From Gammaproteobacteria bacterium (GTDB taxonomy: Bacteria > Pseudomonadota > Gammaproteobacteria > Steroidobacterales > Rariloculaceae): DNA of 64,000 bases. Of the stretch, positions 55,803 through 63,821 are shown piece by piece. The notes beneath the pieces were generated by a model. That model was given only the letters and a program-made list of their open reading frames with translations, had not been told where the DNA came from and did no database searches. Position numbers and translations under genes: made by a program. Where the stretch lies: positions 2,386-66,385 of the forward strand of contig DATKCK010000028.1 of NCBI GenBank assembly GCA_035513215.1, in the 5' to 3' direction. Each line of letters begins with the position of its first letter. Position 1 is the first letter of the stretch.

Positions 55803-56156
55803 CTAGCCCCCGGAGCCGCCTTTTCCTCCTCGATCGCCCGGCGGCGTATACATCGGCACCGGGAACTGCGCCACGTTACCGCCCTCGGCGGCCGTGATCT
55901 TGCTCGCGCCCTCTCTGTCGACCTCGTCGATACGAAGGACCGCATGCATCGGGATGTACGTTCGCCTGACGCCTTCGAACTCGCTCTTGATCTTTTCCTC
56001 GGAAGGATCGACGACGACGGACGAGCGCGTTCCGAAAACGAGCGTCTCGACCTCGACGAACCCGAACAGCCCCCCGTGACTCACGCTCCTGGCGTAAACC
56101 TCGTAGACCTTGCCCTGATTGAAGAAGATGACCCTGTACATCGGCTTTGCAGGCAT
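55803..56156 (-). CDS. DUF1820-family protein
   Basis: It contains MYRVIFFNQGKVYEVYARSVSHGGLFGFVEVE...IPMHAVLRIDEV, which matches the pattern I recall for DUF1820. Confidence 0.7.
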   Translation of the reverse strand: MPAKPMYRVIFFNQGKVYEVYARSVSHGGLFGFVEVETLVFGTRSSVVVDPSEEKIKSEFEGVRRTYIPMHAVLRIDEVDREGASKITAAEGGNVAQFPVPMYTPPGDRGGKGGSGG

Positions 56157-56194
56157 GGGAGCAGCTTAGCACACGCATGGAAGCGGCCAAGCCT

Positions 56195-56210
56195 CTGTGA
56201 TACGCATCAC
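56195..56210. promoter_or_regulatory. Perfect CRP/Vfr/Clp-type site TGTGA-N6-TCACA in the divergent DUF1820/tagH intergenic region
   Basis: It reads tgtgatacgcatcaca exactly. A TATACT -10 candidate lies at 56251-56256 and the tagH ATG is at 56267. Confidence 0.5.
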
Positions 56211-56266
56211 AGTATTGAGCTGCCGCGAATTGCGGCCGACCGGCCGACGATATACTCCTTTCTATT

Positions 56267-57571
56267 ATGAGTCTGACTCTGGAAATCGTCAGCCCGCAAT
56301 CCCGAGGCCTCGGCAAGGATCGGATCAAGACGTTCGGGCAGGACGGCGGAACGATCGGCCGCTCGCTCGACAACGACTGGAGCTTGCCGGACGGCCAGCG
56401 CTTCCTGTCGAGCCGGCATGCGAGCATCGATTTCCGGTCGGGATCCTACTACATCGTCGACATGTCGAAGAACGGCGTCTTCATCAACGGCGCCGACGAC
56501 GCCGTGGGACACGGCAAGCCGCAGCGTCTGTTTTCCGGCGATCGCATCCGGATCGGCGAGTACGAGATGACGGTGGCGATCGAAAACGTCGAGGACACGC
56601 GCGAGACTCTGCTCGATATGAGTCACGTCGATCCCGTCGACGCGAAGCAGCGTGTCGATGCGCCGGACCCGACGAGCAACGATCTCGTCGACGCGCAGGT
56701 GATCACGGGCGTCGGCATCGAGATGTTCCTCGAGGACGACGAGGCCGAATCGCTGAAGCCGCTTTACGCGAAATATCGGACCGGCGATTCGAGCAGCCGC
56801 ATCGAAGCGCCGGGCGCGAAGCCGGCTGCACCAGTGAAGCCGGCGGCACCGGCGAAACCGGCAGCGCCCACACCACAATCGAAATCCACCCCCGCCGCGG
56901 CGCCGGCGAGGCTCGTAAAGCCCGCGCCGGCGCGCGACAAGGCCGGTTCCGCGACGCGGGAGCCGCTCGAAGCGCTCTTCCGCGGTGCCGGCATCGATGC
57001 CCCGACCCTGACGCCGCAGCAGGCCGAAAAGCTGCTGACGCAGATCGGCCACGTCATGCGCGAGCTTGTTGTCGGCGTCATCGATTGCCTGCACCTGCGA
57101 GCGCTGCAAAAGGCGCAGCTCAAGCAATCGAATACCGTCATTCAGGCGCGCGACAACAATCGTCTGAAGTTCTCGGCCAACTTCGACGAAGGCTTCACGC
57201 GTCTCTTTCTCGATGAATCAGATCATTACGCCGATCCGATCGAGTCCGTGCGCGACGCCTTCTCGGACATCAAGGATCATCAGCGCACGCTGCTGAAAGC
57301 CATGCGCTCGGCCCTCAGCGAGTACCTCGACCGGCTCGAGCCTCAGCAGATCGAGCTCCGAGCGAGCAACGGCCGGACGGGCTCGTTGATCAACGCCGCC
57401 AACAGACTCAAGTACTGGGATATGTACAAGGAGGTCTACGCGGTGCTTGCGAACAGTCCGGCCGACGACATGCCGCAGCCGTTTCTCGAAGCGCTCGCGA
57501 GCGCCTACTACGACGGCACGGCGAAGGCCGCTCAGGCCCGACCGGGACAGACCAAGCGCGAAGCGAGCTAG
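56267..57571 (+). CDS. tagH: TagH-like FHA-domain protein (type VI secretion-associated family)
   Basis: The N-terminus MSLTLEIVSPQ...GGTIGRSLDNDWSLPDGQRFLSSRHASIDFRSGSYYIVDMSKNGVFINGA fits the TagH FHA pattern. The C-terminal part (NNRLKFSANFDEG...DIKDHQRTLL) resembles the TagH C-terminal domain. Confidence 0.75.
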   Translation: MSLTLEIVSPQSRGLGKDRIKTFGQDGGTIGRSLDNDWSLPDGQRFLSSRHASIDFRSGSYYIVDMSKNGVFINGADDAVGHGKPQRLFSGDRIRIGEYEMTVAIENVEDTRETLLDMSHVDPVDAKQRVDAPDPTSNDLVDAQVITGVGIEMFLEDDEAESLKPLYAKYRTGDSSSRIEAPGAKPAAPVKPAAPAKPAAPTPQSKSTPAAAPARLVKPAPARDKAGSATREPLEALFRGAGIDAPTLTPQQAEKLLTQIGHVMRELVVGVIDCLHLRALQKAQLKQSNTVIQARDNNRLKFSANFDEGFTRLFLDESDHYADPIESVRDAFSDIKDHQRTLLKAMRSALSEYLDRLEPQQIELRASNGRTGSLINAANRLKYWDMYKEVYAVLANSPADDMPQPFLEALASAYYDGTAKAAQARPGQTKREAS

Positions 57572-58386
57572 CGCTTGCCCGGCCGCCGGCGGTAGAGAAC
57601 GATCGTCGCATCGTCGGGTTTCGACGGCTGCGACCCCTTGCTGTTGATCATCCGTTCGCGCGTGGCCTCGATAAGGCGATCGGCCGCGCGGTTCAAGGGT
57701 CCCGCGCGGATGATCGCGACGATCTCGTCGACATAGAGATTGTCGAGCACGCCATCGCTGGTCAGAAGCACGGTGTCGCGCAACGCGAGCTCGATGCCGC
57801 TCGAGATGTCGACGCGCATGTTAGGCGCCCCGATGACGTTGAAGAGCACGTGCCGCTGCTCATGCTGCACGGCTTCCTGCTCGTCGAGCAGGCCGGCCTC
57901 GACGGCGAACCCGGTCGGCGAATGCGCAATGATGCGCTGCTTGATGCGCCCGCGCTGACCGACGGCGATCAGCTCCGAGTCGCCGACGTGATAGCAGCGA
58001 AGCTGCCGTCGCGTGACCTCCGCAACGACCAGAGTCGTGGCCGAACGCTTGCCTGCCGACAACAACTTCTCGTTGGCTGACTCGACCGCATTCAGTATCG
58101 CCTCTCTAAGCCCATCGCTCTCGGACGCTTTCGAAAGCGTCCGTCCGAGCGTCTCGACGGCGAGCGCCGAGGCCTCGAACCCGCCCGGCGAACCGCCGAC
58201 ACCGTCGGCGACGGCGAGCACGACCGATTCGTCGCCGACGGGAATCAGGGCCGCCGCATCCTCGTTCGGCCCGCCCTTGTCCGGGCCGCGCATGCTGCGC
58301 ACGGCCACCGTGCCGTGCGTGAGCTCGAGATCGCAGGATTCTTCGTCGGCGGTGAAAAGTCTCGCGGCGCCGACCTTGCGGTTCAT
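57568..58386 (-). CDS. PP2C-family Ser/Thr protein phosphatase
   Basis: From ATG 58386 the product contains NEDAAALI, VADGVGGSPGG, TSDGVLDN and DDATIVL motifs. There is an ATGA overlap with the kinase stop. The track ORF extension to 59070 is out-of-frame overlap with the kinase. Confidence 0.85.
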   Translation of the reverse strand: MNRKVGAARLFTADEESCDLELTHGTVAVRSMRGPDKGGPNEDAAALIPVGDESVVLAVADGVGGSPGGFEASALAVETLGRTLSKASESDGLREAILNAVESANEKLLSAGKRSATTLVVAEVTRRQLRCYHVGDSELIAVGQRGRIKQRIIAHSPTGFAVEAGLLDEQEAVQHEQRHVLFNVIGAPNMRVDISSGIELALRDTVLLTSDGVLDNLYVDEIVAIIRAGPLNRAADRLIEATRERMINSKGSQPSKPDDATIVLYRRRPGKR

Positions 58387-59711
58387 CGCCCGAGTTCCCT
58401 GGCGCACCACGGACAGTGGTGCCAGTAATTGGTATCGACGCCCCAGCCGCAGGACTTGCAGCTTCCGGAGCTGCCCGGCAGCTTCCAGGCACGCCGGACC
58501 TTTTGCCGGCACCAGGGGCAATAGCGCATGAACGGCATCAGCTCGCCGCGGCACTCGCGGTTGCTGCAACGCGCCGTGTAGCGCGAGTCGCCGAACCGGC
58601 GCGCGGTCTCGACCTCGAACGCAGGCCCATAGCACCAGGCGCAGAAGCGCCAGTCGAGCTTCGAGCCGCGATGACAGCGCGGGCACTGTGCCGGGAAGCT
58701 CGGCGTGAAACGTTGCGGCTCGGTCTTCACGCCGCACCAGGGACAGGCCAGCATCGTCTCGGCGATCGGACCCGAGCAGTGCCGGCACTCGTGGCGCGTG
58801 TCGAGCGCCGTGCGGTACTTGCGCTGAAACTGCTTGAACAGCACCTTCTCCCACAGCGCGGGATCGTCGGATTTCCTCGGCGCTTTGCGGGACTTCCGCT
58901 TCCTGCCGTTGCCGTTGGCGAGCCGCTTGAACTCGCGATACATGACGTCGGCGTTCTTGTAGCGGTGCTCGGGCCGGACGGCCATCGAGCGCCTGAGCCA
59001 CTCGATCAGCGCGGGCGAGAGCTTGCGCCTCAGGCGCTCCGAGCCCGGCGGCGGCCAGTCGTAGGGCCACTCGTGCAGGTACCCGGTCAGAAGCTCGTAG
59101 ATCACGAGCCCGAGCGAGAAGACATCGGACTGGAACATCGGCCGGCCGACTGCCTGCTCCGGCGCGATATAACCGACCGTGCCCGACCCCGATGCCTTCA
59201 GCGTTTTCTCGGCCACCTTGGAAAAGCCGAAGTCGGACAGCCGGAGCCGATTGTCGTCGAAGACGATGAAATTGTCGGGCTTGATGTCGCAGTGGATGAC
59301 CCTGGCGCGATGCGCATGCGCCACTGCCGCGAGCATCTGCCGGACGAGATCGAGCGCCGTCTCGGTCGAGAGCCGCCGGCTCATGCGTTCCGTCAGCGTC
59401 TCCTTGCCGAGCGGCATCGCGATGACGAAATGCTTGTCGATGAACGAAGCGTCCCGGATCGGGAGAATATTGGGGTGCTCGAGCCGCGGCGCGAGCCGGG
59501 CCTCGCGCTTGAAGTCGGCGAGGAAATAGTCGTTCATCGCGCTCTCGTGAGGCACCTTGAGCGCGACCGAACGATCCTGAATCGTGTCGCGCGCCTGATA
59601 GACGGCCGCAAGCGAACCGTTCGAGATTCGCCGCTCGATTCGATACTTTCCGAGCTTCTGCCGCGCCTTCAGCAAGTTCTGTGATCCGGTTCCAGAAATT
59701 CGACCCGACAT
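58383..59711 (-). CDS. Hanks-type Ser/Thr protein kinase with a C-terminal multi-zinc-ribbon region
   Basis: It contains ALKV, HCDIKPDN, DFG and GYIAPE kinase motifs. The C-terminal ~140 aa hold repeated CxxC pairs (CRHC...CPWC, CPRC...CAWC, CSNRECRG...CPWC, CKSC...CPWC). I prefer ATG 59711 over the TTG at 59738. Confidence 0.85.
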   Translation of the reverse strand: MSGRISGTGSQNLLKARQKLGKYRIERRISNGSLAAVYQARDTIQDRSVALKVPHESAMNDYFLADFKREARLAPRLEHPNILPIRDASFIDKHFVIAMPLGKETLTERMSRRLSTETALDLVRQMLAAVAHAHRARVIHCDIKPDNFIVFDDNRLRLSDFGFSKVAEKTLKASGSGTVGYIAPEQAVGRPMFQSDVFSLGLVIYELLTGYLHEWPYDWPPPGSERLRRKLSPALIEWLRRSMAVRPEHRYKNADVMYREFKRLANGNGRKRKSRKAPRKSDDPALWEKVLFKQFQRKYRTALDTRHECRHCSGPIAETMLACPWCGVKTEPQRFTPSFPAQCPRCHRGSKLDWRFCAWCYGPAFEVETARRFGDSRYTARCSNRECRGELMPFMRYCPWCRQKVRRAWKLPGSSGSCKSCGWGVDTNYWHHCPWCARELGR

Positions 59712-59771
59712 GATCGGTTGCCGCTGCCCGGGGGTCAATCGGGGCTGCTAGAATTCGACCGGAGTCTGACG

Positions 59772-60704
59772 ATGCACGACCACGATCACGCGGGCCATCA
59801 CGGCGGCCATCACAGCCACTCTCATTCGACGAACGAGAGGAGCGTTGCGCTTGCCGCCGGGCTGACCGGCAGCTTCATGCTCGCCGAAGTGGCGGGCGGG
59901 ATCATCGCCGGATCGCTCGCGCTGCTCGCCGATGCCGGCCACATGCTGACCGACTTCGCGAGCCTCTCGCTCGCCTGGCTCGGCTTTCGTCTCGCGCGCC
60001 GGCCGGCCGACTGGCGCCGGACCTACGGGTTCGACCGGTTCTCGGTCCTGGTGGCCTTCGTCAACGGCATGACGCTGTTCGCGATTGCCGGCTGGATCGT
60101 CGTCGAGGCCATTCAGCGCCTGCGCGAACCGTCCGAGGTACTAGGCGGCATCATGCTCGGAGTTGCGGTCGCAGGCCTCGCCGTCAATGTGCTCGCCTTC
60201 TGGATCCTGTCCGGCGGCGACCGGCAGAACCTGAATCTCAGGGCCGCGAGCCTTCACGTCGTGGGCGACCTGCTCGGCTCGATCGCAGCCGTCACGGCCT
60301 CGATCGTCATTCTGACGACAGGCTGGATGCCGATCGACCCGCTGCTCTCGATCGTCGTCGCGCTGATCATCCTGCGCTCGGCCTGGCGTGTCGTCGGCGA
60401 CGCCGGGCACATCCTGCTCGAAGGCGCGCCGGCCGGGCTCGATATCGAGGAGATAAAGCGGGAGATTTGCCGCCGGATCGGCTATGTCGTCGACATCCAT
60501 CACGTGCACGCCTGGTCGATCAGCCAGGAGCGCCCGATGCTGACGATGCACGCCGACATCGCGCCCGGCACGGATTCGATCGCGGCCGTTCGCGAGATCA
60601 AGGACGTCCTCGCGGAGCAGTTTGCGATCGCGCATGCGACGATCGAGATCGAGTGCGGGGCCTGCGGCGACGGAGTCGAGTCGCGGCGCGGAGCGGCCTG
60701 TTGA
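59772..60704 (+). CDS. Cation diffusion facilitator (CzcD/ZitB-like) metal efflux transporter
   Basis: It has a His-rich N-terminus (MHDHDHAGHHGGHHSHSHS), the LLADAGHMLTD and HVVGDLLGS motifs, and a C-terminal cytoplasmic domain. Confidence 0.9.
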   Translation: MHDHDHAGHHGGHHSHSHSTNERSVALAAGLTGSFMLAEVAGGIIAGSLALLADAGHMLTDFASLSLAWLGFRLARRPADWRRTYGFDRFSVLVAFVNGMTLFAIAGWIVVEAIQRLREPSEVLGGIMLGVAVAGLAVNVLAFWILSGGDRQNLNLRAASLHVVGDLLGSIAAVTASIVILTTGWMPIDPLLSIVVALIILRSAWRVVGDAGHILLEGAPAGLDIEEIKREICRRIGYVVDIHHVHAWSISQERPMLTMHADIAPGTDSIAAVREIKDVLAEQFAIAHATIEIECGACGDGVESRRGAAC

Positions 60705-61081
60705 GCTATTTCTGGGTGGCCGTCGGCAGCGCGCTCGGCGGCATGGGGCGATATGCGTGCTCGGGGCTCGGGGCGCGCTGGTTCGGCGAGACTGTTCCGT
60801 GGGGCACCTTGTTCGTCAATGTCGCAGGCTCTTTAGTGATCGGCGTGCTCGCGGTCGTGCTGCCCGCCGATGGCCGGCTGCTGACCGACAACGCGCGCGC
60901 ATTCTTGATGCTCGGTGTTTGCGGGGGCTTCACGACGTTCTCATCGTTCAGCATCGAGACGCTGAATCTTGCGCGAAACGGCGAGTGGGGCGCGGCGACT
61001 GCGTATACGATCGGCTCGGTGGTGCTCTGTCTTGCGGCCGTCGCGATCGGGTACTTCGGCGCGCTCGCGCTCGCGCGCTGA
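60701..61081 (+). CDS. crcB: Fluoride channel CrcB
   Basis: It contains GSALGGMGRY, GTLFVNVAGSLVIG and GFTTFSSFS motifs. At 126 aa it starts at a TTG that overlaps the CDF stop (TTGA). Confidence 0.85.
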   Translation: MSYFWVAVGSALGGMGRYACSGLGARWFGETVPWGTLFVNVAGSLVIGVLAVVLPADGRLLTDNARAFLMLGVCGGFTTFSSFSIETLNLARNGEWGAATAYTIGSVVLCLAAVAIGYFGALALAR

Positions 61082-61151
61082 TCCGGCTCGGCTCGTTCCC
61101 GGAAGCGCGGCCGGTTTGCCGGCGGCGGGCCGGGCTCATAGAATGGCCGGC

Positions 61152-61241
<90 letters not shown>

Positions 61242-61485
61242 CGATAACTTCTTATTTTTGAACGGCTTTACCGCTTTTCCGCCCAGCTGAAATACTCCCC
61301 AACTTTCGGGCAGTTGGACGGATGGACGGTACGTGCAAGGTACTGAGAGACTCCCCCGGCACACCTTCTTCCCTTCTCCGCCGCGTAAGTCTCTTACGCG
61401 ACTTTCGTCGGTACCTTCCGAGCGATATCGGGCGCAGAAATCCTGGAGATTGTCACACGTCGGGCCAAGATTCCGGCCTTAGCGA

Positions 61486-61800
61486 CTAATCAAGGGCCAA
61501 AGAGCTTTCGTTGCTCGTCCCAGTCAAGGGGTAGATCGACCAGTCGCGCGCGCGCGCAAACTGCTCCAGCATCTTCACCAGTTCGGGCCAGTCGTCGTCG
61601 CCACTCCCTGCAAGCTCCGTCCAAAATCTAGCGGAAATACGGGTCGCCCCGCCGGAGAACAGCTGCATCAGATCGTGGCAGCTCGCATTGTCGTCATCTG
61701 TTGACTCTTCCGATACGTTCTGGGTTGTCCCCAGTCTAAGTGCTAGGAATGCGCTCGCAGCAAGTGCGAATAGGACGGCGGCGTTACGTAATGCGCGCAT
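61486..61800 (-). CDS. Hypothetical secreted protein (104 aa)
   Basis: It has a signal-peptide-like N-terminus (MRALRNAAVLFALAASAFLA) and lies in the lower-GC stretch after the tRNA. I recognise no motif. Confidence 0.4.
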   Translation of the reverse strand: MRALRNAAVLFALAASAFLALRLGTTQNVSEESTDDDNASCHDLMQLFSGGATRISARFWTELAGSGDDDWPELVKMLEQFARARDWSIYPLTGTSNESSLALD

Positions 61801-61860
61801 TTAGGCGATATAGGAAGGGCTGCAGGTCAGGCGCTTTTGACTGTCCGCTCCATCCCTTTG

Positions 61861-62253
61861 TTAGGCGGCTGAGCGATGCGCATCATTTGGCTCTGTATTG
61901 CCTACCAGCAAGACGAGACCTTGCCGGCCCAACACGCTCAATCGCTCGCCAGCAGAAAAATATGTCGGACCAGCGGCAGAACGGGCGCGCCACCGTTCGC
62001 CATCGAGGACCACATAGCCTTCCGGTAAGCCGCTATCCTCGGCTAATGCGAAATCCGTTTGAACCTGAACCTTCCGGCCTATCAAAGAATCAGCTCCTGC
62101 TAGAGGACGATCGATGCCGAAGACTACCTTTTGGACCCACCGCGCAACTGCTACAACAGCGGCGGCAAGAGCACTGCCTATCGCATCTCCGAAGTTCCAG
62201 AGAAGCGCAAGTGCTACCAGAATCCCTATTGCACTGCCCAGAATCTCGCTCAT
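61861..62253 (-). CDS. NfeD-like membrane protein
   Basis: It has two N-terminal hydrophobic helices, then LIGRKVQVQTDF...GYVVLDGERWRARSA...GERLSVLGRQGLVLLV, resembling the NfeD OB-fold C-terminus. Confidence 0.5.
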   Translation of the reverse strand: MSEILGSAIGILVALALLWNFGDAIGSALAAAVVAVARWVQKVVFGIDRPLAGADSLIGRKVQVQTDFALAEDSGLPEGYVVLDGERWRARSAAGPTYFSAGERLSVLGRQGLVLLVGNTEPNDAHRSAA

Positions 62254-62551
62254 GGCGTTGAGAGCCGCCTAACAAGAAATATATGGCGGAATTGCGTGTT
62301 GAAACACGGCACTCACCCGTCTAGCGCGACCGTCGGAAATGGGTCGTCTTGGACCGGATGCCCCGATCATATCACCTGCTGAATGACCGACGGCGTCGCG
62401 GCACCGGCGTCGGCGCAATGGCCGCTCTATCCCATGCCTCGACGGGCGGCGACGACACGGCTGGAGTTGCGCTTGCAAAGTAGCTTACTCTTGCACCGAA
62501 TATAGAGGAAACGGGGCGAACTCCGATTTCAGTTTATAGGGGATCGAAATC

Positions 62552-63589
62552 ATGAATAAACCGATGAGGCGAACGTATGGGTGCCTGGTGCTCGCGGCGG
62601 CACTGCTGGCCAACTTGGCGACGACCGAGGCTCTGGCTGAGGTTCGGATTTTGCAGACCAATTCGACGGACTCGATTCTGCACCTGATCGATCCGGAAAC
62701 GCACCAAATCGTCGGGGAGATCGGCGACATTCCCGTCGCGCACGGTGTCACCGCCGCGCCGGACGGTAGCCGGATCTACGTGAGCGGCGAAGCCGAAACC
62801 GCCTTGAAGGTCTACGACGCCCTGACACTCGAACTCATCAAGAGTATCCCGCTGTCGGCACGGCCGAACAACATCTCGATCACGCCGGACGGCAGCAAGC
62901 TCTACGTCGGTATCATTTCGCAGCCGGGAGCCATCGACGTCATCGATACAGCGCAGCTCGAGAACGTCAAGACCATCGACGTGCCCGGAGGCATCCACAA
63001 TATTTACGTCACACCCGACGGCAAAAACGTCATCGCCGGTTCCATTGCCGGACGCCGCTTGACGGTCCTCGACACGTCAACCGATACGGAAGCGTGGGCC
63101 TGGGAAGGCGAAGCAATCCGGCCGATGACGATCAGCACCAAGCCCGATGGCTCGACCGACAAGATCTTCATTCAGGTATCGGGCCATCACGGCTTCGTCG
63201 TGCTGGATTGGGACACACGCCAAGAAGTCACCCGCATTACGCAGCCCGACGTGCCGCCCGAGCAGCGCTACGACAGCACATACAACGGGGCTCCGGCACA
63301 TGGCATCGGAGTGGCGCCGGATGGTAAGACGCTCTGGTCGACGAGCCGAATGAATAGCCATGTTTATGTCTACTCGCTGCCGGATCTCGAGCTACTGGGT
63401 GGCGTCCTGACCGGCACCGATCCGGACTGGATCACGTTCACGCCGGACAGCAAGCTGGCCTACGTAGCCAATGCCGTATCGAACACCGTTTCGGTCATCG
63501 ACATGGAGACGCTCAAGGAGGTGACGCAGATTCCGGTCGGCAGAGGCCCGAAGCGAAACAGCACCCTTCGGCTGCCAGACTCGCAGTAA
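62552..63589 (+). CDS. Secreted YVTN-type beta-propeller repeat protein
   Basis: It has a signal peptide and repeated blades of the form ...PDGSRIYVS..., ...TPDGSKLYVG..., ...TPDGKNVIAGS..., ...APDGKTLWSTS..., ...TPDSKLAYVAN. Confidence 0.75.
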   Translation: MNKPMRRTYGCLVLAAALLANLATTEALAEVRILQTNSTDSILHLIDPETHQIVGEIGDIPVAHGVTAAPDGSRIYVSGEAETALKVYDALTLELIKSIPLSARPNNISITPDGSKLYVGIISQPGAIDVIDTAQLENVKTIDVPGGIHNIYVTPDGKNVIAGSIAGRRLTVLDTSTDTEAWAWEGEAIRPMTISTKPDGSTDKIFIQVSGHHGFVVLDWDTRQEVTRITQPDVPPEQRYDSTYNGAPAHGIGVAPDGKTLWSTSRMNSHVYVYSLPDLELLGGVLTGTDPDWITFTPDSKLAYVANAVSNTVSVIDMETLKEVTQIPVGRGPKRNSTLRLPDSQ

Positions 63590-63680
63590 AAGCCCGCTGC
63601 AGCATCTTGCCGCGCGTCAAAGAGCCGATCACGCGCCGTTAACGAGTGTTGAAAACCGCGATTTCCGCGAACGTCGGGTT

Positions 63681-63712
63681 TGGGGAGGTCTGGGGCGGTC
63701 TGGGGCGGTCTG
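63681..63712. repeat. 10-bp tandem repeat TGGGG(A/C)GGTC x3.2
   Basis: Read directly from the sequence: tggggaggtc tggggcggtc tggggcggtc tg. Confidence 0.8.
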
Positions 63713-63821
63713 CCCTACTCGAACACCGAGAATCTGAGCGCGTCAAAGCGGCCAAATGCGGCCGCACCAGACGGTAGGCAGCACAACGTACGTTACTTGC
63801 AGCCTAAGCTACTACGGTCTC

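Noticed and set aside
58387-59070. The upstream part of the 500-aa track ORF (57568..59070), read as a long phosphatase.
   Set aside because: It overlaps the kinase gene out of frame and has an Arg/Ala-rich composition. The PP2C domain begins at the ATG at 58386, which forms an ATGA junction with the kinase stop.
59712-59771. A possible fluoride riboswitch ahead of the CDF-crcB pair.
   Set aside because: There is vague resemblance only (GGGGCUGCUAGAAUUCGAC versus the conserved GGCUGAUGAUGCCUAC end). The 5-prime pseudoknot-forming GGnGAUGG segment is absent and the space is too short. A cmsearch run would settle it.
61363-61388. A possible attachment-site remnant (cttcccttctccgccgcg) resembling the tRNA-Ser 3-prime end (ccctccctctccgccacg).
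   Set aside because: Only 13 of 18 positions match, it lies just 120 bp from the tRNA, and there is no integrase. This is too weak to call a direct repeat.
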